From Kondoa subrosea (lineage: Eukaryota), in NCBI GenBank assembly GCA_039545335.1, contig BCIN01000002.1, positions 2,510,678-2,574,677 on the forward strand: DNA of 64,000 bases, written 5' to 3'. Made by a program: the position numbers and the translations under genes. The first letter of the stretch is position 1. Every line of letters starts with the position of its first letter. The notes under the pieces were generated by a model. That model was not told the DNA's origin, made no database searches, and worked only from the letters and a program-made list of their open reading frames with translations. Shown here piece after piece: positions 12,659-27,032 of this stretch.

Positions 12659-14307
12659 ATGACAGAGTATGCACCTGTTCTACCTCCAGAGATCATGGAT
12701 GTGATCATGGCGCTGGTCGCTGTTGGGCACGATGACCGAATCTCGTGTGAAGGAGATTTAGCTCGTTGCGCTCGGGTTGATCGTAGCTTCTGTAAGACTA
12801 CAAGCGCTATCGAGGCATTTTCTGATGGACAGTGAAGATTTATCTAGCATTGGCTTGCTCTATACTCAATACACACCAGCTGCAATTGCATCTTTCCATT
12901 TGTATTACAGAAATCATACGCGGGCCTACTACTCAAAGGAAGAGAGACATGTTGCCGCTGTATTGAATAAGGTTTCCTTTATCGGATTGCTAGGCAAGAT
13001 CACTTGGCGACTACCAATCGTCATATCTGTTGGCAATCCAAACAAGCGCATGAACATGGCAGATGATTTGTCCTATAACATGCCGGACGATTTGTCCTAT
13101 ATGGACTCGATGTATATCAACTTAAAGAAGCTATTGAGCGTATCAGTCAATTTGGAAGAGTTGAAATTGCTCTACATATTTATAGGTTTGTAAACGTTGG
13201 ATTCGACTTTCGCAAGATGAGCATTGATCCCGTCTCCGTAGCTTTTGGAGGCGTGCCAAATGATAGCAACATCAAGCGTTATTTGCCTACTACCGATTTT
13301 CATACTGTTTTACCTCATTTGAAAACCCTCAGCTGTTCAATCTCACCACCATGTTCAGACAGTATTCTTCAGACCTCCGGGTTCGCCGGACGATTGTTTA
13401 CTTTCATAACGGAACAACCAGCTCTGGAAGATTTGGATTGCAAAGGCTTTCAGTTCCCCCTCTTACATTCCTACAAACAGCAGCATTCGTTTGTAAAATT
13501 ACAACGCTTGAGAGTTGATTGGACACCTGAATCTACATCAATGCAGGCGCAAAGACGAGACTTATTCTCCGTACTGGATACTTTCCCGATTGATCTTGCT
13601 TCGCTGGAATTGGTGGTCTCATCTCCAATCAATCGTTGGGCCCTTCCGATTACGGATCTTTTGGCTTCTCGAAGGCGATTACAGCGTGTTCGCACACTCA
13701 AGATGGATTTCGCGCATTGGGCAGGTGCATATAACGACATGCCGCGAATTTACAGACAGCTCTTGGAAATCTGTAGCGGACTGGAGCATTTTGGTCTGAC
13801 CATTAGGGTGTTCAAGAGGATACCTCCTAAGTCCGTCGCACTTCTTCTACCAGATCCATGCTTACTGATAGAAACCGGCTTTACAGTCTTTCTGCAATAA
13901 TTGTCGATATGCTGCTCTCATTTCCCACTGAAGCGAGCTGTAATACTTCCTTAACCTCTATCCGACTTGAAATTCCTCTTCATTTCGATTTTGGCATCAT
14001 TTTTCATCCCTTTCTCGAACATCTTTTGACTTTCCCGAGACTAAATCTGATCGAGCTCGTTGTCTGGGATTATCGCTTCGACAGCGGATATGCTCATAAC
14101 AAAATGTTCTGGCAAAAGAAGCAGACGAACTTGTTCATACGGCAATTCGCGTTGTTGCAATCCTGGGTTAAGCAAGCGAAGGCTTTGAGAGTTGTGGTTA
14201 GAATGTTGACGGAGTGCAATAGGGTCGTTGTGGGTGATACTGCAAAGGGCAGCATCGAAGAGGAGTATTGCGAGAATCGTTATTTCAGCCCAAACAGGAT
14301 GGAGTAA
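12659..14307 (+). pseudogene. F-box/LRR-like protein, apparently frameshifted near 12800
   Basis: The F-box-like start LPPEIMDVIM...LARCARVDRSFC stops near 12835. LRR-like content continues in another frame (12777-13193, 13217-13900, 13858-14307). Confidence 0.55.
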
Positions 14308-14439
14308 TGTAGTCACGGAAAAAATCATTCAACATGATGCAACCATATGCAACCTAAATTCAATGACAAGTCGATAGCAACTGCCAACGTGTGTATCAAA
14401 GTGTAAAAGCAAATACACAAACAGTGACTGCATCTTGAG

Positions 14440-17400
14440 CTAATCACTGTCCTCTATAAATTCGGCAGATTTCTGCGCAGAAACATTAGTATAACTTAAG
14501 CAAATAGTCTTGAGACGTACAAATGTCTTCCTGGACTTCTTCGAAGGTCTGGCCTGCTCCTCTTCACCTTCAGAATCGTCTTGCGCAGTTGGCTTAACTT
14601 CTTCCGCAGCTGCCTTGTCTTTCTTTGACCGGCCACCAGGGTTCTAGACAATCATCAGCGCATTCAATGATGGCACCCCTCAACGTACTTTGCGCTTCGG
14701 CGCCTTCTTTGGCTTCTCTTCCCCCTCACCATCTGGCGCAACAAAGTCTTCGCCATCTCCAGCTGCTTTCTTCCTTCGTCCGCCTCCCTTCTTCTTCTTC
14801 TTGCCATCTTCATCTTCAGAATCGGAAAGCTTGTTTTTCTTGCTATACCACGACGAAGCTTCTTCTTGCATGATCCTCCGCTCTTCCGCTAGGCGTTCAT
14901 TGTTCTGCCGGATGCCTTCCAGTCGAGCAGCTTCTGCGTCTTTGATGCGTTGTCGTTCAGCCTCTCGATCCGCTTTCGCTTTGTCCAAAGTGGCTTGAGC
15001 ACTAGCTTCATATTGTTCTTGCGATTGAGTGACTTCGCCATTCGCTCGGGAAACGAGACCAAGCCCATAACGAACACGCTGTTGGGCAATATCAACGGAA
15101 TAAGTGGTGCCTTGAGTTTTCGCGCCCAGAGCAGCGAAGATCCTAGCCAACGATGAGCTTGATTCTCCAAAGAAATGGCAGACTTACTCTTGAGCTTCGT
15201 TAGCTTGAGCAATAGCTTCACGAATTTGAACCATGCTTCGCCTATTGGGTGCCAAATCAGCTACAATTTCAAGACCCTTGTGCCCAATGAGCGCGATGTT
15301 GAATCGACAGCCATCGTCTTTAGGTGAAAGCTCTAAGGCCTATGGATACGCGACACAGAGTAAGCTCAGCATGGACCAGACACAGCATCTCTACCCACAT
15401 CACGAGCATATTGCAAAGCGGTCTTGATGGCTGGAAAGCTTTGATCCTTGGCAGCTTTCTGATACCACGATCTCGAGAGATAGAGCAATAGAGGACCATT
15501 CTTGCCTTTGTAATATCGTTTCGAAGCAGTCTCATACTATAGCAAGGATCAGCTTCGCCCGCAAGCAAAGAAAGACACCAACATTCTCAATTGCCCTTTC
15601 CCAGTCATCTTTTGCAGAATAAGCATGACCTAGATTGATGTACGTGCTTCCGTCTACGCTTGTATCTCTAATCTTGGTGAAGATGGTAAGAGCATCACGA
15701 GAATCCTTCAAGCGATTGGCGGAAGAGCTTGCATTTTGTAGAGCTCCTTGCTGTAGAGCGCCCTCAGCAAGAATAATGGCCAAGCCTTGAGCAGCAACAG
15801 CGCAATTTGGATCCATGTTGAGGGCTGCAAGGAAGAAGTCGGCAGCTCGAACAGTCTTGCTACCTTTATCGCTTGCTTGCTCAGGATTAGACACTCGAAT
15901 CTCTCTTGCAGCATTATAGAGCAGAATACCGTTCGCGCAGAAAGCGTAGGTATCGCGTTTCGCAAAATTCTTGATTGTCGCTGTAGCAAATTTACGAGCT
16001 TCGGCTTCCTGTTTCGCTTGAATGAGATAGTAGTTGTATAATGATCGCAGTTCAATGTTGTTCTCCGCTGATGACAAAGCCTCTTTGAGAATCTCGTTGG
16101 CTGCTTCAAAGTTTCTACCGTGGATGTAGATCAGAGCAAGTCGAGCTTTGGCTATTTTAGAGCCTATTAGTCAGATGAAGGGTGAAAATTTTGATCAAAC
16201 CAACCTTCAAACCATTCCGGATGGCTAGCCAGGATCGAGTTCTTGTAAATGCCCATAGCATTTTCCGTTTCGCCTGAAGCTTCCATAGTAATAGCCAAGT
16301 TGTAACTTGCAGTGAACAAAACAGATGATTGATCTTTTCCGGCTTCCTGATCTCTTCCTGCAGCAGTAAGAGCTTTTTCAAAGTATTGTCTAGCAGCCGG
16401 AACGTTCTTCTTGCCATACTCCAGACAGCCTAAATTGTTGTAAAGATTTGCAGGTACATCTTCTCCAGCATCTTGCCTCACAGCCATAGAAGCTTCGTAG
16501 GCCTTCAAACTCCTTTTCGGATCCGTTGCAGCCCATAATCTAGCGACTTCAACAAAAAGAGCAGAATCTTGTCCAGCAGCTCTGATTCTGTTCTTTGACG
16601 ATCCAGCAGGAGGTTGGAAGTCAGGTTGATTGATAGATTGCAGCAACCGCAGAATCTCTTCATACTTCTCTTTCGCTTTATCTTGTTCAATGACAGCATC
16701 TTTATCCGAAGTAGCGACGAAAGCGTTGTGTGCATAGATCGCAGCCAGGCCAACAAAAATTTCAATACAGTTTGGACTCTTGATCAAAGCGGTCTCGTAG
16801 GTATTGATAGCTTCAGGAGTAGCGTCTGGTTTGATTTTGAGGAGCAAGCGAGCTGCAGCTAGAGCGGCAGGAGTGAAACCTTGCTGACCGCTAGCTTGGA
16901 CAGCAAGACCATATTGAGTCCAAGCTGTAACAAGCTCTCCTTGGGCGTGATACGATCGAGCAAGAGCGTAGTGAGCTTCAGCTGATATCGCTTTGGTGTC
17001 GGAATATTGTAATGCTCTTTCAGCAAGCTTGCCGACCTGTCAGATTTCATTCAGCTGCTAGTCGCAACCCGACCACAAGCGATAACACTGACGCTGTTCC
17101 ATTCTTTCCTGGCAATGAAATGATTCGATAAAGCCACGGCAGTGCTCGCGACCGTCTTGCAACCTTTGAAAGCCACTTGAAGATACCCAATCGCTTTCCT
17201 ATACAGTTCACCTTGTTCTTCTACATCTTCAATACGTTTCGTTTGATTCAACATACTTAGACCAAGCAGAACATAAGCAGGCATAGCTTTCTCTGCTCCA
17301 TGAACCGCAATCGATCTTAACCAAGCTTTTTGAGCTGTGTTCTGTTGATCCAAATGCCAAAAACAAATACCCATCCCTATTCGAGGATCAGGTAAACAAT

Positions 17401-18290
17401 TAGGAGAAAGTCGTAAGATGGATTGATAGTGTTTCAAAGCTTGTTTGTAGTTCTTCCGCGCGACGTAAACGCGAGCTTTGCCTAGATTGCCAGTAATGTT
17501 TGTTGGCTCGAAAGAAAGGATCTTTTCAGCTGCTTGGAATGCATCGTCAAACTTCTTGCTTTGAATCATGATAGCGACTGAATTATGTGCTCAGTATGTA
17601 TTCCGGCTAGAAAGAGGACAAGTCAAATACCTCGAGCTTCCAAAACTTGAAGATGTTCTTTATCCAGACTTTCTGCTTCAACAAGTGCGCCAAAGGCTTT
17701 GGACAAATAGCTCTCTTTGGGTACTTCTTTAGTTAGATCAGTAAAGACTGTTTTGTTGTCAGCATGAAGAGACTGGGTTTAATTCGATTGGTAACATACT
17801 GAACTCGTGCAGGATATTGGTTGGAGCAGTTCTAGATAGCGATAGATTGTAAACAGCGAGCATAGCCAGAAGAGTAATGCCTTTCTTGAGTATACCAGCA
17901 TTTCTGCAATCTGTCGAGAACGCACATTGGCCTTAAGATCCTCTGGACAATCTCAAGTCCAAAGCTACTAACCCTTCACACCCTCTTCAGCGAAGGAGAT
18001 AGCTAATGACTTGTATCCAGCTTCCCAAGCATGAGCGACGACTTTAACGTAAAATCTAGGTTCCACTTCAGCTGAACGAAGCACATTGAGCAAACCATCC
18101 ATAAAGTCTTGTGTGCCATCCATCTCAGATAAATCGATATCAATCTCTTCATCTATTCATATCACAAGTCAAGTTCTAATCAGCCCAAGGCAAGCTTGAG
18201 TATAATAATACACAAGAGCTCACGACTTCTAGTATTGACGCTGAATTGGGAACGAGCGTGAGGCTCAGAGTAGCCATTGGACTCTTCCAT
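14440..18290 (-). CDS. CTR9: Paf1 complex TPR subunit CTR9
   Basis: Many TPRs (LPDPRIGMGICFW, AVAAQGLAIILAE, ALTIFTKIRDT, YINLGHAY) and a charged C-terminus ending KSAEFIEDSD*. Confidence 0.92.
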
Positions 18291-18448
18291 ATTGCTGTAC
18301 ACAGGTCTTGGAAAGAGAGACACACGCTGTATCGAGACAAAGAACAATTCGACAATCTTGTTCCGACACATTGATGTCGCTCTGATCTATTCCCCTAAGA
18401 CTCTAGATACCGCGCACTAGACTCAGTTGATTCTTAATCTACTCAATC

Positions 18449-21400
18449 ATGGCCTTTCATTTCCTGTCCAACCAAGTGAAATCTGTCCAGAAGACCTACA
18501 CAGCTTTACAAGGCGAGACTGGAAAGCCTCAATCTGCCAACGACGCGATAGATAAGCTATGTGAACGTTTGGCCAATGGAGCAACCTTGGAAGACCGGAA
18601 AGCTGCTTTGCTAGGCATCAAAGGATTGTCGCGAGATTACAAGCTAGACGCTGGCAATGCGGTCTTACCTATTTTAATCACCATGCTAGAGAGGGATGCA
18701 CCTGAAGATCCAGAATTAGCCAAAGTGGTCTTGGAAACGCTCAATGTGCTTTGCGAGACGGAAGAAGCAGCTCAAGGCCAGAAACAGTCACGCGCTGCAC
18801 TAGCGAGACAAGAAGCTTCGCCTGGTTTACGCAACACAGATCGCTTTCTTGCTTCCGAAAGACCTTCGCATGCTCTTCTTTCCCTTCTCGCAACTCAGCA
18901 TTTCTACGTTCGATACTTCTCCTTACAGTTGCTCGGTACTCTGCTCAGCTCACGTCCAGAGCCAGTTCAGAAGCATGTGCTGTCTGCTCCCGGTGGTATT
19001 GGTAATCTAGTAGATGTGCTAGACGATAAGAGAGAGATTATTCGCAATGGTGAGGAGAGATGCTACATTATCAGTGTCCTTCTGATGTGCTAGATCTCCC
19101 TTTACAGAGGGCTTGCTACTACTCATATCACTTGCATCCACCAACGCAGACATACAGAAGATAGTAGCTTTCGTTGGCGCTTTCGATAAACTCCTCAATA
19201 TTATCCAGCTCGAAGGTGGTCTGGCATCAGGCGGTATAGTAGTTCAAGACTGCTTAGCTGGTATCGTTGGTCTTCTTCGGTACAACCCTTCTAATCAAAA
19301 CTACTTTCGCGAAACTTCCTGCATTCCTCATCTAGCTCCTCTACTTCAATTCCCACCTCATACTCTTATTGATCCCAGCGAATCTATTAATCCACCTTCT
19401 CCTACTTCTCTGTCACCCGAAGCGCAACATGGTCTAGAGTCTTTCGCAAACCAATATTGGCCAGAACAGAAAGCTACCAATGCTCAATTGGTTCTAGGCC
19501 TTATTCGAATGCTCGTAGGCGGAGCAGGAGAAGGTCGAGCAATGAATACCAAAGCTCTATTACAATCTGGCATAACACGGTGCTTGCTGGAATTAGCATT
19601 AGCTTCAAACGCCCCTACTACTTTGAAAGCTCACGCTCTGAATGCTTTGGCCGATTTGTTCAAAGGATCACCTATAAATCAAGATTTACTTACCAACTTG
19701 TTTGTACAACCAATGATTCCTGTTTATCCTGATGAAGGTGAAGAAGCGAACGCTCAACAACAGCAAGAAGAAGTTCAACCGGATTGGAGAAGAGCTCAAC
19801 CGGTTCCGGCTACTTTGGCTTTGATTGCTTTAGCAGTTCAAGGTGATCCTGGGTTGAGCATGGATGCTGGCGGACCAGAAGGGATCGCGATCAGAGCAGC
19901 GGCAGTTGGCTTATTTGAGGTGTGCCGATCATCTGTCTCATCTCGATTCGCGAGTGAAGCGGTTGAGCTGTGTACAGAGCTATGTCGCGAACAATCCGGA
20001 TGCGCAAGTCACAATCGTCTCAGAAATGGCTCCAATCAAGCAGAAGCCAGGTCAACCTTTTGTTCGTGAGTTTCGCCGGCCCCTTTCGTTGCGAGCTCGA
20101 GCTAAGAGTTTCTATTGTAGCTCAACCTCAAACAGCAGGCAGTGTACTCTTAGCCGGTCTAAGAGCTGTCCCTACATCCCTTACAACTCAACTTTTCGAT
20201 TCTCATGCTCCACTATTCGCTTCCCTTATGTTTGCCCAACTTTTACGCAATACCGAATCATGCAAACGGATAGCAAGAGAAATCTCGATTGCTTCAGAGG
20301 AAGATGATGAAGAAAAGATTGGTTTGGTTCAAGTACTTTTAGGCAATCTGATGCTCGCTCAAAGGGAACAAGCTCAATGTCAATCCAATTTACAAGGTCA
20401 TCCTGCTGTTGAGAAACTCAGTATAGAATGGAGTAGAGTTATGGTAGGGTATTTAGAAGTGTTGGCTGTTTGGTGCTGGGAAAGCCCGAGAACGGTCAAG
20501 GATTTCTTATCAGAAGGGGCGAATCTACAAGTGGTGAGTTTGATCACAAAACAGTATCTGTATTCAAGCTCAATGCTGCCCTTTAGCTGATTCAACCTAT
20601 TGCCCAAGCTTCCGGAGTAGATTCAGTTGTTCAAGGCTTATGTGCTTTCTTGCTTGGCATTCTCTATGAATACAACAGAGAAGCTGGCACAATAGACAGG
20701 TGGGCTCGACCATATCGTTTCGTACTTCCGATCTGATCTGTAATCTGATCTGTAAACAGAGCAACTATGCATCCTATATTACACTCTCGAGTTGGTCCAG
20801 ATCAATTTGTAAATCGTATCACTCGACTACGAGAAGATGTCCGCTTCAAGAACGTTGGTCCTGATGTGCTCGAGCTGAATGAAGAAGATCAAGATGCTCA
20901 GGATTGGCGAGAAGATGGTTTCTGGTTCGATTGGTCTTTCGTCGAATTCGTACGGAATGATTATCGTGAGTACAAGTGCTCCATACATGCTTAGAGCTCA
21001 CTTGACGTGCATGTAGTATCTGTCCAGAGAGCCATTCTACTAGACCCTGGGTCGTCTGTCGCTTCTGGTAACCTTCTTGTGCTTCGCTGTTCTCGAGACG
21101 ACCTCACTCTGCCTTGTTTAGGATCTTTCGATGCAGCAGAATCAGCAGAACTAATAGCGAACCTGAGAATGACCATTTCCCAGCAGAAGAAGGATCTTGA
21201 AGAGCTTCAAACCCGCGTGAGGAATGTTGAATCTGAGCGAGCAGAGGAAGTAAGTCCGATGCAAGAAGCTCCTGGCGCTGTATTGACTCTATATGTATGG
21301 ATAGCGCAAAACAACCGAAACATCCATAAGTGGTCTCAAGCAAGAAATTGAAGCTGCGAATGCATCGTCCAAATCACTGGCCAGCGAGAAAGAGGAACAG

Positions 21401-21745
21401 CTTGTTACTCTCAATTCGCAGATGGTCGTACTACGGTCAGAGATGGACTCTTCTAAGGCCTCTTTGTCTGCCAAAGATCAAGAACTGACAGCCAAAGATT
21501 CAGAAATTGCAGAACTCAAGAAGCAGCTCGAATCATCGCAAAATCACAAGCCTGATATTTCAGAACAAGACGAACTAAAGAAATCACTAGCTGAGGCGCA
21601 AGCCAAGCAAGCGGATAGCGAAAAAGAGCAAGAAGATCTGCTGATTCTATTGGAAGAGATCAGTGCCAAGCGAAAAGCTGACAAGGTCAAGATGCGTGAG
21701 GCCAAGTTGGATGTATCAGACGACGAAGAGGAAGAGGAGGAGTAA
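18449..21745 (+). CDS. USO1: Vesicle tether Uso1/p115
   Basis: IDKLCERL..LEDRKAALLGIKGLSR, LVDVLDDKREIIRN, IQKIVAF.GAFDKL, IVVQDCL, NQNYFRET, a coiled coil, EQEDLLILLE and an acidic tail. Confidence 0.95.
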
Positions 21746-22078
21746 GCGCAAAATTGATTTTCGAAGCATTCTTCGCCGAAGTTCCGAAACAAGTGTGTAA
21801 AAACAACAATTGCTAGAGAGTTGTTCTCCTGCTGTTCTTCTCTTCTTTGATCCTGAACAGGCCTGCATGTCATCGCAAGCATGACCATTGAGCACATTCT
21901 TTTCCCCTTTGTTGCATTTCTAGTGGTTCACGCCTTCTTTTCTCATTTTAGCTGCTTCTCCCAAATCAAGCTCTCGGTCATTAGTCTTCTTTATTAGAGT
22001 CTTCTCTTACTCAGCTGCTTCTTGTTGGCATCGTTTTATCGTTATCGGAACATCCCTCGCTTCTCTATTCGAATCACG

Positions 22079-23573
22079 ATGAAAGCCTCGTCCCAAGCCA
22101 TCTCTTTGCTGCTGACCGTCGGCCTCAAGCTAGCAAGTGCATCTACATGCTCAGGTAAGCTGCTACGATCAGGAAGTAGTCATCTTCTAATCATTGAATT
22201 CGACAGGCCCGATTACGATCACCGCTGCTCAGCTCCAAGCTATCTCTTCTGCTATCAACCTTGATGATGCCGCATGTGCGGCAGCTACCGCTCAATTACC
22301 GTTTGTTAAAGCTAGGTAGAGTGCATCAACGAAACAAGCAGAATGGCTGTGCTGATCTTTTGAAAAGCGAATGCGCACCTCTACCAAAAGCTGTCGAAGG
22401 GATCAATGCTGCTCTGGCCAAACAGAAAGTAAGCAACACCGCCGTAGCGGCTGCTGGAATTTCGCATATGCGTATGTGAAGTCTTTTCTCTGTTTCGGTC
22501 AAAACTAATGGTCTTGGTAGTTGGCGAATCGAAGAGCTTTCTATAGTAAGTCTGCGTCCGCTCTTTGGCTCCGTATATTTGCCCAAATTAAAAGTCAGCA
22601 ACCACAATCATGTATGTCTCTTCCACTCCCCTCGCGTGAGACGTCATGTCTGAAAGTCGATGATAGTACGCCGGATGTCCTGCAGGCTGCGCCGGAGCGC
22701 CTGGTCAAGGAAGTAAGTGCAACATCACACCGAATGTGGCTCGTTGCCAACCAGCCTACCGTGTTCGATAGCGTACGGTATGCTCCCGCCCGAAAATATC
22801 GCAAAATATGCAGCAGCAAATGCTATTCCACCCAATTCCGACGTAGAGTAAGCGTTACTCAATCTTTGTGCCTACACACACATTTATTTCCTTTGGCACA
22901 GAGCGCTACTTCAGACCCTAAACGCCAACCCAGCTGACGCTTTTGGAACTTCATTCTGGTTTCTACAGACCATACCTGGTTGTACTCCTCTCCTACCTGG
23001 TCTTAACGCTGGAACAGCTGCAGCTATGCAGGCTGTTGCTGCTCAACCCTGTATCGGTACCGATGCGCCTGTCGCGGACTTCTTTCCTAAGGTATACTTA
23101 CTATTCTAATACTCTGGCTTTTCGCTTTTTCTGACTACAAGGGCAAATAACAGGCATTTGCTGCAATAACTTGCCCCGGCGAATCAGCAGGAGGAGCTCC
23201 AACTCCCTCTGCTGTTCCAAGTGTATCAGATCAAGGCGGCAATGCGGCATCGACTCCTGCTCCATCGAATGGAGGAATTGTGGATAAAGGACTTTCACTA
23301 AACAGCTTGCTTTCGTCTGGTAGCGGTTCAGCATCCGGATCTAGACCTAGCTTATTGAGCAATGCGTACCTCAATGGCAAGGGTGATGAAGACGTCTCAG
23401 GCAACACGGGTAATTCCATGAGGCCCAGTTTATCTGTTTCTGCATCACCATCCCGCAGATCTGGCAATTCAACAGAAACCCTTTCTCTCAGTAATGCTGG
23501 GAAGATCGATGGTCCGATGGCCCTCATTCTTTGTTGCATAAGCTTCGGTTTGCAATACGTGGTAGGCATTTAA
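22079..23573 (+). CDS. Secreted, possibly GPI-anchored Cys-rich protein (uncharacterised fungal family)
   Basis: Signal peptide MKASSQAISLLLTVGLKLASA; spliced core with GESKSFLY...GAPGQG|..NM; Ser/Gly-rich linker; hydrophobic C-terminus ALILCCISFGLQYVVGI. Confidence 0.6.
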
Positions 23574-23964
23574 GGCATGTATGCCCAGCGAAGAACATTC
23601 TCAATTTGTCACGTTATCATGATCATTTTTCCAATTCTTGTATATAGCATGCTTCTCTGGCAGCAATACTACTGTATATACTTTCTCTTCAGCTCGACGA
23701 CCTTCTCAATCGGCTCTAAGTATTGGTTGCCAATTAGGGGAAAACAAAGACTCGAAGCCACATCGGCTTATTTTGTTACAGCGACATTACTGGATTGACT
23801 GGTCTATACCGCAAGCTGATAGACCCAACACCTACCCGCTCGAGCACGAGAATGCGCTAGATTGGCGTGGACCACTTGGAACGAAAAATCCCAAATCCGT
23901 CGAATAGTGTATTTCAAGCCGCTCACTTTCTTGAGGCTGCTTCTGCTTTTGCCTGTGAGCAAGC

Positions 23965-26910
23965 ATGTCGAGTCAACATAAGAAGTCCAGCTCGGCTCCT
24001 ACATCCCCCTCATCGCCTTCAGCTATACCAAGATATAAAAACAACACAAATACTTCACCTACAACTTCCCTTTCTCGAGCCAATACTGGCACTCCTTCTT
24101 CAGCTAACAAAGGTTCCAGGTTACCTACCAAGCGGTTTGTTTCCACACCAACCGAGAAACCTGCTAGACCACCTGTAGTCGTTACCAATAATGTGCAACC
24201 TCAAGTAGTAGCTACTTCAGTCTCTCGCTTTGGGAAGAAGAGGAAGAACTCCGTCTTTGAAGTTGTCGACTTTGGCAATCAAACAGATCAACCTGTACCT
24301 CAATCTCCTGTTCGACCACCAAGACCTGAAGAAGCTAAATACTACAGCGATGAAGCTCAGCACACGAGCGATTCAAGTAATTCAGATGGTCAAGAAGTTC
24401 AGAGCTCTGCACCTACTTCAACGGAAGCAACACCCACATCTCAAGCTTACAGCGCTGACGCTACAAAGCTAAATCCAGACGAGAAAAGAAATCTACGCAA
24501 TGTATTGGTTCAACGGCTGGTAGCAAGCCTCGGACAGCAAGTGCTGGAAGGAGTAGATGTCGAAGCTATTCTGAATTTGGAGAATGAGAAGCAACCTGGC
24601 CAAACTTCTCAAACTTCGCATGTCAGCTCTTTGATACCTCTTGTGTGCTTGTAACTGAAGCTAGCGACAGGAAAATGAATCAAGTCATCACCTTCCACAG
24701 CCTTCTCCACCAATTTCGCAACCTATGCCTGCTCATCAGACTACCACGCCCAAGAAAGGCATGCTAGTCTGGTTTAAGAGTAAGAAACACAACACACCGT
24801 CTGCCTTACCCCAGCCTACCCATGGCAGATCAACTTCGAATCGTGAGCAACGATCGCTTGTTTTTCTGGACTTGTTGTTGAATTGTTTTTAGCTTCTCGT
24901 TCTACACCTTCTACTCCTATAAAAGAGACACCTCCAGCTATACCTAGACCACCTCGGTGTGGTGTCTTTGGTGTATCTTTGTCGCAATTACCAGAAGCAG
25001 CATCGTGTTTCACTGTAATTGCACAACAGCCGCACTTCCTGCCTATCATCACTTTTGCGACTGTAGAGGAGATGTATAGGAGAGGTTGGTCTAAAATTTC
25101 CAGGTTGCATACAATGTCAAGCTGATGTTTGCATCTAGGCATTCTCACTCCAGCTCTGTTCCGGATACAAGGCAGTGATTCTCGAATAGCAGAATTAGTC
25201 AAAATATACGATCAACCACCACGCTATGGAGATGGAAACGATCTGGCCAACGAGTCCATCGAGAACATCGCTGCACTCTTCAAAAGGCATCTACGAGAAT
25301 TGGCAGATCCAGTTTTCGAACCTGCCCTATATCCTCTTTTCATCAACGCTTGTCTGCGGAAAACAGCACCACTGGAAGATAGAGTCCGAGCAGCTCAAAC
25401 TATCCTTCGACTTCTACCTCAAACCAACTTTTCCCTCTTCGTTTATCTCTTGGCTTTCCTTTGTCAATTGTCCCAACATCAAGCATCGAACGGTCTTTCA
25501 GCTCAAAGTCTGTCCATCATTCTAGGTCCAGCAATATTCGCTCCTCGTTACAGAGGCTTGCCTGTCGGATCCGTCAGTAAGAAAAGCAACGAGGGCCGAT
25601 CTTCAGAAGCCGATGAAGTAGCGCACAAAGCACAAGCTGCTCTGCTATGGACTATCGATCATTGGCAAGCTATATGTAGTGGAGATGTACCTCTCTCGCC
25701 TGGTTTGCAGCAAAACGAAGAACAAGGAGAACCGCCGGTTAACGATTCGCAATCTGTCCTTGACGAAGTTCTGCGAAGCGGATTCAATAGAAATAGTCAA
25801 CTTGTCGCTCAACAGGAAGACACATCCGATAGCAGACCTCCCTCTGCTTTCCTGCAGAATAAGCTTGAAAGTGAAGATTGGTATCTACAACGACCAGCTC
25901 GGAAATCATCTTCGGCTATCGAACCATATCTTAACAGCGCTCAGAACAGTAAAAGATCTGTTCAACCGCCTCCTCCTCCGATTAACACATTCATGAGTCC
26001 ACCGCCTCCTTCGGCTCGACGAATGTCTTCAACACCTGAAATGTCTGATTCGCCTATCATGACTTGGGATCGTTCTCGTAGTCAAACAGCGCCTGCGCAA
26101 ACAAGTAAAAGACATTCTCAGGCTTCTTCTTTGAAGGCCGGCTCCACAATGAGTAGAAAACAATCTCATGATTCGCAAGCTTCTCAGGTTCGGGAAGGTC
26201 AAGGTCAATTTGATCAATTGCCATCTCGAGTTCCGTCGATTGCTTCATTACGATCGGCGTCCACAACAGTCAATCAACCCCATATGTCCAAAGACAGTAC
26301 TGCGTCAATGGCTTCCTATCATGGTACTTTTGGTCAAAATGCAGCTTTAGCAAGCCCAATTATTGCAAATCCGCCTATTGTCATTCATGAACCGACTCAC
26401 TCTTCTCAGCAACCGCCACAGAAAGACCGATCGGAATCTGTGATCACGAGGGAAACAAGAAGAGCTGATACGCCTTGCGGAACATCATCACCTTGTTATC
26501 AGAAGCTAACAGATATGGAATCGAGCAATCAGCAACTTCGATCGGAAATTGATCTTCTGCTCAGAAAAGTAGCAAGCCAGGAATCTTCGGCTTCGGATGA
26601 GAGGGAAAGATATATGGGCGAATTGAAACTTGCTCGAACAGACATGCAGCAATTGAGGGAAGCGTTGCAAGTAGCTGAACGCCGAAATATCAAGGAAGAG
26701 GATCAGCTCATTACCCAATGGAAGAGGGAGGCGGAGCAAGCTAAAGAAATGGCTCAAAAAGGATCACAAGACTTTGAAAGGCTGATGCAACAAGTAGTCA
26801 GCTTGACAAAAGAGAGGGATGAACAGAGGAGAAAGTTGAAGGCTATCAAGCGGGCTTGCAGCTTTTCGACAACTCGAGAGTCAGTGGACATTTCAGGTGT
26901 AGACAAGTAG
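23965..26910 (+). CDS. RhoGAP-domain protein with C-terminal coiled coil
   Basis: GVFGVSL, RRG|ILTPALFRIQGS (Arg finger), IAALFKRHLRELADP, NGLSAQSLSIILGPAIF. Confidence 0.88.
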
Positions 26911-27032
26911 ATTTGTAATAGATGTCGTTCAGTAGTTCAGTATTGTTTGTTCGTTTCTTAAAATTGTATACTCCCTCCGAGTCCCTACAAAGCACATTGC
27001 CCGCTACAATATGTTCCTCGAAGAACACTGTC

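Noticed and set aside
14625..15156. Plus-strand ORFs inside CTR9
   Set aside because: These are antisense shadows of a low-complexity exon; the same applies to most short overlapping ORFs in the track.
20731..20755. ATCTGATCTGTA tandem duplication
   Set aside because: Trivial slippage in a USO1 intron.
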